From positions 354,020,001 through 354,084,000 of the forward strand of contig NW_027362762.1 of NCBI RefSeq assembly GCF_046119375.1: 64,000 bases of DNA. Reading direction: 5' to 3'. A model generated the notes under the pieces. The model ran no database searches and had not been told where the DNA came from. It saw only the letters and a list, made by a program, of their open reading frames with translations. This stretch comes from Phyllobates terribilis (taxonomy: Eukaryota). A program made the position numbers and the translations under genes. Shown here piece after piece: positions 49,317 to 64,000 of this stretch (the first letter of the stretch is position 1; the number at the start of each line of letters is the position of its first letter).

Positions 49317-52300
49317 TTGACTCAGGAGCTGCTGAAAACCGGAGAAGTCCTTCGCTGGGGACAGGACTGCCATAGGACTTGTCTAGATCCCGTTCATCCT
49401 GCTCGTCCTTCTCCTACCCCAGTCAGTCTACCCGGTCTACCGGTTCCCTATTGGTCTTATGCGGATGTCTTCAATAAAAAAGAAGCAGAAACATTACCCC
49501 CTCATAGACCATACGATTGTCCAATCGACCTGATTCCCGGCTCTACTCCTCCCCGTGGGCGTATCTACCCTTTGTCCGCAGCGGAGACCCGGTCCATGTC
49601 AGAATATATTGAGGAGAATCTGGCCCGGGGATTTATCCGGAAATCTACCTCCCCGGCGGGAGCAGGCTTCTTCTTCGTCAAAAAGAAGGACGGCTCACTC
49701 CGTCCATGTATAGATTATAGAGGCCTTAACCAGATTACAGTGAAGAATAAATACCCCCTCCCGCTCATTCCTGAATTATTTGACCGCCTGAGGGGGGCTA
49801 GAATCTTCACCAAACTGTATCTCCGTGGGGCGTATAACCTGTTCCGTATCCGTCAGGGGGATGAGTGGAAGACGGCATTCAACACCCGGGACGGCCACTA
49901 TGAGTACCTTGTAATGCCCTTCGGTCTCTGTAACGCTCCTGCCATCTTTCAAGAGTTGGTCAATGACATCTTCCGTGACCTTCTCTACTCCTGCGTGGTG
50001 GTGTACCTGGACGACATCTTGGTCTTCTCTCCGGACCTTCCTACTCACAGGAGGGATGTTCATCAGGTCCTGCTCAGGCTCAGGCAGAACCACCTCTACG
50101 CTAAATATGAGAAGTGCATCTTTGAGCAGACCTCTCTTCCATTTCTGGGCTACATAATCTCTCAGACCGGCCTACAGATGGATCCTGAGAAACTGTCTGC
50201 CATCCAGAAGTGGCCCCGACCAGAGGGGTTGAAGGCTATTCAGCGGTTACTGGGCTTCGCCAACTATTACCGCCTCTTCATACCGCACTTCTCTTCCCGG
50301 ACTGCCCCTATCTCTGCGCTCACCCGTAAGGGTACTAATCCCAGAAGATGGCCGCCCGAAGCTGAGGAGGCCTTTCTTTCCTTAAAACAGGCCTTCTCCT
50401 CCACCCCGGTGCTGCATCGTCCGGACGGCAACAAACAATTCTTCCTAGAAGTTGACGCTTCCTCCTCCGGAGCCGGGGCGGTACTTACCCAAAAGTCATC
50501 TTCCGGGAGAATGGTAACCTGCGGTTTTTTCTCCAAACTCTTCTCCTCTTCTGAGCGCAACTATTCTATTGGAGACCGTGAATTGTTAGCCATTAAGCTG
50601 GCACTGGAGGAGTGGCGTTACCTGCTCGAGGGGGCTCTTCACCCGGTAATAATTTACACGGACCACAAGAACTTGGCTTACCTTCAGAGCGCCCAGAGAC
50701 TTACCTCGCACCAAGCCCGGTGGTCCTTGTTTTTTGCCCGCTTTGATTTTGTTCTTCATTTTCGCCCGGCAGACAAAAACATCAAAGCTGACGCCTTGTC
50801 CCGATCCTTCCTGGTGTCTGATCTAGAGGAGGAACCTAAGCACATCATTGATCCCGCCAGAGTAATGCAAGTGGCTCCCGTGAATCTAAATCTTCTCCCT
50901 CCCGGTAAGACGTTTGTAACTGTACCTGATCAGAAGAAGGTCCTACACTGGGGTCATTCGTCTAAGCTAGCTGGCCACGCCGGTCAGAAAAAGACCCTCC
51001 AGCTCATTACCCAGCATTACTGGTGGCCTACCCTGCACAAGGATGTAATAGACTTTGTTTCTGCCTGTGTGTCCTGCGCCCGCAACAAAGTTCCGAGACA
51101 CCTGCCTGCCGGTCGCCTTCTTCCTCTTCCAGTACCTGCTGCCCCGTGGCAGCATATTGCTATGGACTTTAAAACGGATCTTCCTGTCTCTGCCGGTTGT
51201 ACGGTCATTTGGGTGGTCGCTGATCGCTTCTCCAAGATGGCGCACTTCATTCCCCTGCCGGGTCTCCCATCTGCACCCGAACTGGCTAAAGACTTTATCC
51301 GCCACATCTTCCGTCTCCATGGCCTGCCCCTCCACATCATGTCAGATCGTGGGGTTCAGTTCACCTCACGCTTCTGGAGAGCCACATGTAAGTTGCTTGA
51401 CGTCACTCTGGACTTCTCCTCCGCTTACCATCCACAGTCCAATGGTCAAGTGGAGCGGATCAATCAGAACCTGACCAGTTACCTCCGGCACTTCGTTAAT
51501 GCCCACCATTCGGACTGGGTGGATCTCCTACCATGGGCCGAGTTCTCTTACAATAATCACGAGAGCGAATCTTCCTCCAAATCCCCGTTTTTTGTAGTCT
51601 TCGGTCAGCATCCTCGGATCCCATTTCCCGTCTCCACCTCGGTGGACTATCCGGCTGCGGAATCTCTCGTTCGCGAATTCTCCTCCATTTGGGAGAGTAC
51701 CCGATCCGCACTCCTTCAGTCGTCCGAACTGATGAAAAAACACGCTGACAAGAAACGCCTGAATCCTCCACAATTCCGTCCGGGAGATAAAGTCTGGCTC
51801 ACGTCCAAATATGTCCGGCTCAAGATTCCCTCCTACAAGTTAGGGCCTCGGTTCATCGGCCCACTGGAAGTTATCAAACAGATCAACCAGGTGGCCTATA
51901 AATTAAAACTCCCGGCCAACTTACGGATCCCTAACTCCTTCCATGTATCTCTCCTCAAACCCGTGGTACTTAACTCATTCTCCAAGTCTACAGGTACGCC
52001 TCCTGCTCCAGTTTCCGCTGAGAACGAGTTTGAGGTAGAGAACATTCTGGCCACCAAAAGGGTAAGAGGAAAAACCTTTTTTCTGGTAGATTGGAAGGGG
52101 TTTGGACCTGAGGAGAGAACGTGGGAGCCACGGGAGAACATCCATGCCCCTCTTATCCTTGATAAATTTCTCTCTGGCCTAAAAAAGGGGGGGCCTAAAG
52201 GGGGGGGTACTGTAGCGTCGGCGTCCCTGCCTCTTGCTAGGCAGGGACGCTGTTCCCCTCACCTATCCGCTCTGTGCCCGGCGTCTTCCTCCCGCTGTGC

Positions 52301-52427
52301 TGGCAGCGCGCGATGCTTCCCAGCCACGGTGCTTAGGGCGCGCGCGCGCTCCCCCTCTCTTAAAGGGGCCGCGCGCGCCGTCCTAAGGAGTCCCCGGCCA
52401 ATGGCCGGAAGACTTCACCATATATAA
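49317..52427 (+). CDS. Gypsy Pol: RT, RNase H, integrase and chromodomain; protease mostly deleted; ORF runs into the 3' LTR
   Basis: LRPCIDYRGLN, KLYLRGAY (catalytic D replaced by Y), YLDDIL, EVDAS, DRELLAI, HHCC, MDF..SDRG..QSNGQVE, and EFEVENIL..FLVDWKGFGPEERTWEP. Confidence 0.95.
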   Translation: MTQELLKTGEVLRWGQDCHRTCLDPVHPARPSPTPVSLPGLPVPYWSYADVFNKKEAETLPPHRPYDCPIDLIPGSTPPRGRIYPLSAAETRSMSEYIEENLARGFIRKSTSPAGAGFFFVKKKDGSLRPCIDYRGLNQITVKNKYPLPLIPELFDRLRGARIFTKLYLRGAYNLFRIRQGDEWKTAFNTRDGHYEYLVMPFGLCNAPAIFQELVNDIFRDLLYSCVVVYLDDILVFSPDLPTHRRDVHQVLLRLRQNHLYAKYEKCIFEQTSLPFLGYIISQTGLQMDPEKLSAIQKWPRPEGLKAIQRLLGFANYYRLFIPHFSSRTAPISALTRKGTNPRRWPPEAEEAFLSLKQAFSSTPVLHRPDGNKQFFLEVDASSSGAGAVLTQKSSSGRMVTCGFFSKLFSSSERNYSIGDRELLAIKLALEEWRYLLEGALHPVIIYTDHKNLAYLQSAQRLTSHQARWSLFFARFDFVLHFRPADKNIKADALSRSFLVSDLEEEPKHIIDPARVMQVAPVNLNLLPPGKTFVTVPDQKKVLHWGHSSKLAGHAGQKKTLQLITQHYWWPTLHKDVIDFVSACVSCARNKVPRHLPAGRLLPLPVPAAPWQHIAMDFKTDLPVSAGCTVIWVVADRFSKMAHFIPLPGLPSAPELAKDFIRHIFRLHGLPLHIMSDRGVQFTSRFWRATCKLLDVTLDFSSAYHPQSNGQVERINQNLTSYLRHFVNAHHSDWVDLLPWAEFSYNNHESESSSKSPFFVVFGQHPRIPFPVSTSVDYPAAESLVREFSSIWESTRSALLQSSELMKKHADKKRLNPPQFRPGDKVWLTSKYVRLKIPSYKLGPRFIGPLEVIKQINQVAYKLKLPANLRIPNSFHVSLLKPVVLNSFSKSTGTPPAPVSAENEFEVENILATKRVRGKTFFLVDWKGFGPEERTWEPRENIHAPLILDKFLSGLKKGGPKGGGTVASASLPLARQGRCSPHLSALCPASSSRCAGSARCFPATVLRARARSPSLKGAARAVLRSPRPMAGRLHHI
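52197..52207 (+). other. Polypurine tract
   Basis: AAAGGGGGGGG ends 3 nt before the 3' LTR start at 52211. Confidence 0.85.
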
Positions 52428-53037
52428 GGCACCTCCTCCAAAATGGAGGTGCCCGAGCAATGTTGTTGCAAAGCCTTCTCTCTGCTTCAGCCCTCAGTTC
52501 CTGTTTCCAGTTACCTGCCAGTCACCTGCCAGATTCCTGCCTGTTACCTGCCAGTCACCTGACAGATTCCTGCCTGTTACCTGCCAGTCACCTGACAGAT
52601 TCCTGCCTGTTACCTGCCAGTCACCTGCCAGATTCCTGCTTGATACCTGCCAGATATCCGTTTACCTGCTTGAAAGCCTGCGGTCCGACGGTCTGCCTTC
52701 CGACACCTGTCAGTCTGTCTATGGACCAGCCTGCCCGCTCACCTGGGAGCGCTCGTCTGCTACCTGCCTGCTAGCCTACCTGGAGGCTCCGTTGTCACTT
52801 GCCGTGAGTACCCGTCCTTCTACCCAGAGACTGTCCCTGTCACTTGCCGTGACTACCTGCCCTTCTACCCAGAGACTGTCCCTGTCACTTGCCATGACTA
52901 CCTGCCCTTCTACCCAGAGACTGTCCCTGTCACTTGCCGTGATTACCTGCCCATCTTCCCTGGGAGCCACCTGCTTCCTTACAAGGACCGCCCCCTTGTA
53001 TAGTTGCTCAGAGGTTCCGCCTCCCAGACCCGTTACA
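52211..53037 (+). repeat. 3' LTR
   Basis: TGTAGCG...CGTTACA, 827 bp. Confidence 0.96.
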
Positions 53038-53042
53038 TTTTT

Positions 53043-53363
53043 CAACAGGACAATGACCTCAAACACACCTCCAGGATGTGTAAGGGCTATTTGACCAAGA
53101 AGGAGAGTGATGGGGTGCTACGCCAGATGACCTGGCCTCCACAGTCACCAGACCTGAACCCAATCGAGATGGTTTGGGGTGAGCTGGACCGCAGAGTGAA
53201 GGCAAAAGGGCCAACAAGTGCTAAGCATCTCAGGGAACTCCTTCAAGATTGTTGGAAGATCATTTCCGGTGACTACCTCTTGAAGCTCATCAAGAGAATA
53301 CCAAGAGTGTGCAAAGCAGTCATCAAAGCAAAAGGTGGCTATTATGAAGAACCTAGAATATAA
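53043..53363 (+). pseudogene. DD38E transposase C-terminal half
   Basis: QQDNDLKHTS..WPPQSPDLNPIE..KGGYYEEPRI*. Confidence 0.92.
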
Positions 53364-53586
53364 GACATATTTTCAGTTGTTTCACACTTTTTTTGTTAAG
53401 TATATAATTCCACATGTGTTAGTTCAGTTTTGATGCCTTCAGTGTGAATGTACAATTTTCATAGTTATGAAAATACAGAAAAATCTTTAAATGAGAAGGT
53501 GTGTCCAAACTTTTGGTCTGTACTGTAAGTTTGTTCCAAACTCACCCATTTGTAGTGAGGGTGGAAGATATTGTCCTCCATTTAAA

Positions 53587-54699
53587 ATGGGCAAGGCACG
53601 TGGCAAGGGATGGGGAACTAGACAAGATGGTGGTGATGGTGCATGCAGAGGCCGAGGCCGTGGGCAAGGTGAAATTGTGCCACAACAAACACCCACATCT
53701 TCTCGCACGACCATCCTGTCCCAATTAATAGGGGACCACAGAACACCACTATTGAACACAGAGCAGTGTGAAAAGGTTATTGGTTGGATAGCAGATAATG
53801 CTACCACCACCACCACCCTGTCTTCCACACGGTCAAGTCTCAGTAGCTGTGAGTCTGGGCCGCATATTCCTCACCCTGAACCTCCTTCCTCCCACCATGC
53901 CGATTGCCCAGAGACAACTGATCCCACACTTGGACACACCGAAGAGCTGTTCACTTTTCCATTTATAGATTCAGGCCTCTCGCCCGGTCCACTTGAAGCG
54001 GGGCAAGAGAAGATCGCATGTAGCAATGCCCAAATATTTGAGCAGCCACGGTCATACGAAGGCGATGGTGGAAAAGTGTCACAAGAGGCGGATGATTATG
54101 AGACAAAATTGCCAGAAAGTCAGGAGGAGGACCAGGGTGCAGAAGTGGAAGACGAGGTGGTGGATGATATATTAACTGACCCAACCTGGCAGGAGGACTT
54201 GCAGAGCGAGGACAGTAGCACACAGGGGGAGGGAGGCAGAGCACCCCAACAGACTTCTTGCACTTGAAATGTTGCCTTTTAGGCCAGTGGAGATTGATAT
54301 TTTCCACAACCTGATGGCGGCGGCTGTCCCTCGGTACTCGGTCCCCAGCCGCCACTATTTCTCCCGGTGTGCCATTTCCGCCTTACACAAGCACATGTCC
54401 CACAACATTAGCCATGCCCTCAACAACGCAGTTACAGGGAAAGTCCACCTAGCCATGAATACGTGGACAATTGTTTGTGGGCAGGGGCGGTACATCTCGC
54501 TGACAGCACACTGGGTTAACATTGTGGTAGCCGGGACCCAGTCGGACCTTGGGACGGAACACATCCTCCCGATGCCAAGGATTGCGGGCCCTAGGTCAAT
54601 CAGGATTTCCCCCACAGTCTACAGCTCCTGCACCTCATCCTCCTCAGCCTCCTCCTCCTCTTCAGCCTCTATCTCTCAAATGTCCATATCAGTCACAAG

Positions 54700-54700
<1 letters not shown>
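53587..54700 (+). pseudogene. hAT transposase N-terminal fragment lacking the BED finger
   Basis: MGKARGKG..CEKVIGWIAD..DPTWQED, then a deletion/frameshift to LLALEMLPFR..SRHYFSR..QGRYISLTAHWVN. Homologous to the 34062-37231 copy. Confidence 0.88.
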
Positions 54701-59073
<4,373 letters not shown>

Positions 59074-59955
59074 TAGTGTTGAGCCACCCCCGTAGTGTTC
59101 GAGTTCGGTTCGGTTCGTCGAACACCCGTGTGTTCGCCGAACTGTTCGTCGAACTGTTCGTCGAACACCTTCGAACACCGTTAAAACCAATGGCAGGCAA
59201 GCAAAAACACATAGAAACACATAGAAAACACCTTCAAAGGTGTCGAAAAGCTGACAAACTGCTCAGAAGACATAACTAACACATGGAAAAGTGACAAGTA
59301 CATATAGTCATGCGAAAATAAAAGAGGTGGAGGAGTAAAAGGAGGGGGAGACACAGATATAGGCATGTCATGCCCTTCTAAAATCCAAAAAGTGAGAAGC
59401 CGACACGGCCAGTCCGCTCCTGCCCGTGCCACCTCCGTGTCGCCGGGTTTGTGCCAGAGCCGCGGTGAACCCTGACGGCCAGCCCCCCTCTCCCAATACT
59501 GGTGCCTGTCCGCTGGTGGGTCGAGCGAGCCCCCCTGTGGTGGAGGCAGCTCTAAGCTTTTTAATTTAAATTGTCTCTCTAATTTGAATGAATACACTTT
59601 AAATCCATTTACAAGGATCTATTGGAGGGCAAGTCTCATGCCAGCAGCCGCGGTAATTCCAGCTCCAGTAGCGTCCACTAAAGCTGCTGCAGTTAAAAAG
59701 CTTTTATAAGGATCGAGCTCGGCTGTCCACCGCAAGGCATCCTACTGCCAGTCCGAGCCCCTATGCCTTGGGGTGCCTCCTGATGCTCTTCACTAAGTAT
59801 CCCATGGTCCCGAAGCATTTCCTTTGAAAAAATTAAGTGTCTAAACTACAGGTGGTGTAGCTTGCTTAACAGCCGGGATAATCCGCTGACTAGCAGACAC
59901 TGCTACTAGGCACAAAGTATTTCCTGGGCTAGATGCAGTTAAAAATATGTAATTA
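59074..59955. mobile_element. hAT end inserted in the Copia LTR, carrying an 18S rRNA fragment
   Basis: Starts TAGTGTTGAGCC at 59074, followed by repeated GTTCG-N-CGAAC palindromes at ~59113-59166. Confidence 0.8.
59580..59845 (+). rRNA. 18S rRNA fragment (non-functional copy; 530-loop region and start of V4)
   Basis: ATTGGAGGGCAAGTCTCATGCCAGCAGCCGCGGTAATTCCAGCTCCA...GCTGCAGTTAAAAAGCT...CCCGAAGC..TTTGAAAAAATTA matches vertebrate 18S recalled from memory (about 90% over the ~90-nt core by eye). Confidence 0.92.
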
Positions 59956-59959
59956 GATA

Positions 59960-61790
59960 CTCTCGTTGGATGCTGAGAAAGCATTCCATAGAGTCTCCTG
60001 GCACGCCATATATGATTCTCTTAAAAAGCTTGGGGTAGGGGTCTGAGGGACCCTTTTATAGCCAAAATCACGGCCCTGTATCGCAATACGTCACCTAGGC
60101 TGAAGATAAATGTAACTGTAGCACCCTGAGGGCTCGGTTGCTACAGACGTATTGCACCTCACCCAGAGGTGTGATATCTCACTCTCAGGTAAGGATGGAG
60201 TGTGGATCAGGACCCGACACCTGCATGCATTACACCACATTGCCGTGGGGCAGGGCGACCAATATGCCCTTGAGATGGGCACGACAGTCCCTGTCCCTGG
60301 CTGGAGTGGGGGGAGGGAACACTGAGGAAGGGGAACCCTGTAGTGCAGGAGCAGGGAGGAAGCAGTTCCTGGGTGCATTGAGAAGGGAGTATAAAAGGTG
60401 GGCACCATCTTAGTTCAGTGCAGAGAAGTCTGAGCAGAAGTGGCAGGGAGCAGGGGCTCTGCATGAGCTCTGCTCCGGAGGCGGGCCTAGTAACAGAGGC
60501 CCAGGCCTGGAAGAGGGAGAAGGAAGGAAGAGGAGCGGAGAAGGCTCCAGGAACGAGGAATGAAGGGATTCCAGGGGTGCGGACGGGCGAGTCGCCACCG
60601 CACGCCCGAATCCACCTGCGTGGAGGGGTCAGGCCAAAGGGGGAGACCGGTCCCCGATCTAGTGGAGGCAGGAAATGACCCTCAGCTAGAAACCGGAGGC
60701 TCTGACATTTTATGTGGCGCAGCCCCTCGCTACACCCGCTAGGAAGGCACCACATAGGGTCAGGGAAACTGGCGCCAAGTTTACCAAGAGGAGGCCCGAG
60801 GCAGCCGGACAGAAGTGTTGGTAAGAAAGGCCAGACAAAGGACACACAAAGGGGGTCCTGTGAAGTGCTCCAAAGTTATCTGGGAGTTGTCTGAGCCCCT
60901 CACCTGGTGAGCACAGTACGACGTGGGCAGCCGTTACCTGCAGACGTGGTCTGGATAATAAGAACTGTGAGTAAAGGCCCTGGACTGCATCACTGACTCC
61001 GTGTCGTTACTGCTGCTGCCCTGCACCATCACCCCCATCCTCCGCATACACTGCCCTGAGGCTATACTCCTCCCGTGGGGAGTTATGCTACGCTCTGCTG
61101 CACCCACAACACCAGCCTCAGCGGTCTGCCCTGTAGCGGCGGTTCACTCTGACCGCAATCCACGGGTGGCATAGTCGGACATTTAAACATCAAAACCACA
61201 TAAATAGTTCCGCCACTGGTTTGACCGCCCTGAGCCACGGAACCGGGTCGCCGCCACGAAGACTACAACCACCAGCATCCACCAAAAAGGGTCCGGCTCC
61301 GGGTGTCCCAAGGCCCAGGGGGTGCGTCAGAACATTTTCATCACCTTTCACAATCACCAATGGGACAAGGCAGGGATGTCCTCTGTCCCCTCTCTTATAC
61401 ATCCTAGTGACGGAGCACCTGCTCTCATCAATTCGCCATAACCCCAATATTAGGTGGATTGAGGTGGGAGGCACCGAGTACAAGTGCTCTCTATTTGCTG
61501 ATGATGTCCTAGTATATATCACTCAATCACATATATCCATCCCTGCTGTTATGGCTGAAATAGATCACTTTGTTACATGGTAAAATTTTAAAATCAATGC
61601 AGCGAAGTCTGAGGCCCTCGATGTCTCCCTCCCCAAATCCATATAGGATTCCATGCAGTCCAACTTTCCCTTTGCCTGGCCCTCACAGGGTATCAAATAC
61701 TTAGGAATTCCTATTCATAGAGACCTCTCCCATCTATGTTATCTTAATTTTGGGCCCTTTATTGAACAATTCCATACAGACCACGGTTGG
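59960..61790 (+). mobile_element. L1-clade LINE RT fragment split by a solo LTR
   Basis: LSLDAEKAFHRVSW (59960-60020), resuming at 61330 with TFSSPFTITNGTRQGCPLSPLLY..SLFADDVL..KINAAKSE..IKYLGI. Confidence 0.88.
60117..61329 (+). mobile_element. Solo LTR, ~1.2 kb
   Basis: TGTAGCACCC...GGGTGCGTCA termini, a probable 4-bp TSD TAAC/GAAC and TATAAAA near 60389. Its removal makes the L1 frame colinear. Confidence 0.8.
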
Positions 61791-61851
61791 CAAGTTAGAA
61801 CTGTAAGATTCACTACGTGAACCACTGGTGTTTTGTGGAAAAGCACATGTA

Positions 61852-63213
61852 CACTGCGTTCCAAATTATTATGCAAAAGGTGTTTAGGAGTGATAAGGGA
61901 AGAATTTGTTTGTTTGTCAGTTAAACTCATTGATGGTGATGTGTGTCAGGGCTCTTTATATCACTGTAAGCAATTGCAGACACCTGTGCTAATTAGTTTG
62001 GCAGGTGTGTCCAATGAAAGGCAAGACTACTTAAGAAGGCTCTCTCACATTATTAAGCAGCCTACATTTTCTGCCAAAATGGGAAAGAAAAAGGATGTGT
62101 CGGCTGCTGAGAAGCAACAAATTGTGGAGTGTTTAGGTCAAGGCATGACTACAATCAACATTGTGCGATGATCAGGATGAAGTGTCTTGGCAATCAAGAA
62201 GTATGTAGCTGATTCACAGTACACACGTGTGCGTGCTGATAAGGGAAAATTGAGGAATCTTTCCTACAGGCAATTACGTCAGGTTAAAAGAGCAGCGGCA
62301 AGAAAGCCTTGTCATAGCAGCAGACAAGTTTTTGAAGCTGCTGGTGCCTCCAACGTCCCCCGAACAACAAGATGCAGGGTCCTTCAGTGGTTTGCAGCTG
62401 TGCATACGCCATCCTGTCGACCTCCTCTATCCACTTCACACAAGCAGAAACGGCTCCAGTGGGCCAAACATTACATGAAGACTGATTTCAAAACTGTTTT
62501 GTTCACGGATGAGTGCCGTGCAGCGCTCGATGGTCCAGATGGATGGAGTGGAGGATGGCTGGTTGATGGACACCCCACGCAAACACGGCTACAGCGCCAA
62601 CAAGGAGGAGGTGGAGTAATGTTTTGGGCTGGAATCATGGGGAGAGAGATTGTCGGCCCCTTTAGGATCCCTGAAGGCGCTAAAGATGAACTCCATAATG
62701 TATGTGGATTTTCTCAAACAGCACTTCCTGCCATGGTTCAAGAAGAAGAACCGTGTATTTCACAGCAAGATCATTTTTCTGCATGATAATGCACCATCTC
62801 ATGCTGCACATAAAACATCTGCATCTCTGGCTGATATGGGCATAAAAGGGGACAAACTTATGGTGTGACCCCCATGCTCCCCTGACCTCTACCCCATTCA
62901 GAACCTTTGGAGCATCATTAAAAGGAGTGTCTATGATGGCGGGAGGCAGTTCACATCTAAGCAACAGCTCTGGGAGGGTATTCTGTCCTCATGCAAAACA
63001 ATTGAAGCAGAAACCATCCAAAACCTGACAAATTCAATGGACGAGAGAGTTCAGAAGCTCCTTTCGAACAAGGGGTCCTATGTGAAAATGTAACATCACC
63101 TAGAATAAAGTTTTGAGTTGAAAACTGTTTGATTTCAGTTTCTAACAACCTGCTAATGCTTATAATTTCAAAAATGACCATTTTTTTGGTCTTTATTAAA
63201 ATGAAAAGGTTGA
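61852..63213 (+). mobile_element. DD37E/TRT-type Tc1 transposon, right TIR lost; decayed transposase 62079-63093
   Basis: TA|CACTGCGTTCCAAATTATTATGCAAA. Motifs FTDECRAALDGPDGW, GGGVMFWAGI and HDNAPSH..PPCSPDL with 37-residue spacing (E mutated to Q, W to stop). Confidence 0.85.
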
Positions 63214-63339
63214 TCGAAAAGTTTGGGGGATCTAAGAGTGTGGCAACCCAGTAGTCATGATTACTTCGAATTCTGACAATATGAGGGTCATGCTGCAGGT
63301 AGTGCAGCAAGAAGGCACTTATGTGTCTTGCGCATCTCG

Positions 63340-63500
63340 GAGCCCCAAAATTATTTTCCGGGCTAGATGCAGCTAAAAATTATTTTTAATTTTAAATCTG
63401 GTGGAGCTTATTATAGATGGCCTAATAGGATCAGTGCTGCACACTGCTACAAAGCCCAAATTATTTTCCAGTCAAGATACAGATAAACATGATTAGTAAT
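63340..63500. repeat. Diverged homologue (~1.5 units) of the 108-bp array unit
   Basis: AGCCCCAAAATTATTTTCCGGGCTAGATGCAGCTAAAAATTATTTTTAATTT..ATAGATGGCCTAATAG..CACACTGCTACAAAGCCCAAA aligns to units at 2955-5762. Confidence 0.75.
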
Positions 63501-63550
63501 TTGAAAGCTTAAAACGGTTGGTAGGGTGATTTTAACCAATCATCAAGCTT

Positions 63551-64000
63551 TTACTCTCCCCAGGATGACACAGGGGTAGAAAAGTCGTTTCGGATCCATG
63601 ATTTGTTCATCTTTATGAACGTGAGTCTTTCTACATTATCAGTGGAGAGCCGCGTGCGCTTATCTGTCAGCACACCACCAGCAGCGCTGAACACACGTTC
63701 AGACAGAACGCTGGCTGCGGGGCATGACAAGATCTCCAAGGCGTAAGTGGCTAGCTCCGGCCATTTATCCAGTTTGGAAGCCCAAAAAGAGCAAGGGTCC
63801 AGTGACACAGTCGTGGCTTCAATGTTTACTTGGAGATACTCCTGTACCATCGTTTCTAGGCGTTGACTATGTGTCAGACTTCTTGTCTCCTGTGGCCTTG
63901 CAAAGGATGGGCTAAAAAAGTGGTGAAATGATTCCGCAAAATTGATGTTACCAGCAGATACTGTGGTTCTGTTACGGTTTGAGTGCTGAACACTTGACGG
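63551..64000 (-). pseudogene. hAT transposase C-terminus (hATC domain), continuing beyond the window; a displaced piece lies at ~63214-63320
   Basis: FWASKLDKWPELATYALEILSCPAASVLSERVFSAAGGVLTDKRTRLSTDNVERLTFIKMN; displaced piece LHYLQHDPHIVRI..DYWVATLLDP. Confidence 0.92.

Larger units (their letters stand above)
47443..53037 (+). mobile_element. Full-length Ty3/Gypsy chromovirus (Tf1/sushi group), defective
   Basis: 827-bp LTRs (TGTAGCG...CGTTACA), 5-bp TSD TTTTT, gag-pol, chromodomain and PPT. Confidence 0.97.
46321..53525 (+). mobile_element. DD38E (Intruder-type) Tc1 transposon with 268-bp TIRs, split by a Gypsy insertion
   Basis: TA|CAGTACAGACCAAAAGTTTGGACAC...GTGTCCAAACTTTTGGTCTGTACTG|TA. 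TIRs span 46321-46588 and 53258-53525. Removing the Gypsy restores PSFIFQQDND. Confidence 0.95.

Noticed and set aside
48283-52427. PEG10/RTL1 orthologue
   Set aside because: It is flanked by LTRs and a TSD and carries integrase and chromodomain, so it is a retrotransposon and not the domesticated mammalian gene.
59580-59845. Functional rDNA locus
   Set aside because: Only ~265 bp are present, with substitutions in conserved positions and no adjoining 18S, ITS or 28S.

Overview
Eukaryotic, almost entirely transposon-derived DNA. The TE families and the 18S variable-region sequence suggest an anuran amphibian (inference). I found no confidently identifiable host gene, tRNA or CRISPR array. 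Contents: at least six decayed hAT (BED-finger) transposase relics and seven hAT-type ends with TAG(T/A/G)G(A/T)TGAG termini; a complete 8.2-kb non-coding hAT derivative (perfect 8-bp TSD) built from nested palindromes; five Tc1-superfamily copies (DD38E/Intruder x2, DD34E x2, DD37E/TRT); a full-length chromoviral Ty3/Gypsy element with a self-priming-type PBS and a GGGAAAC -1 frameshift signal; a truncated Copia; three solo LTRs; CR1 and L1 fragments; three Penelope-like pieces, one carrying a hammerhead ribozyme core; several tandem arrays; and an 18S rRNA fragment inside a hAT end. Boundaries backed by TIR/TSD/LTR evidence are base-exact; the others are approximate. All alignments were done by eye.
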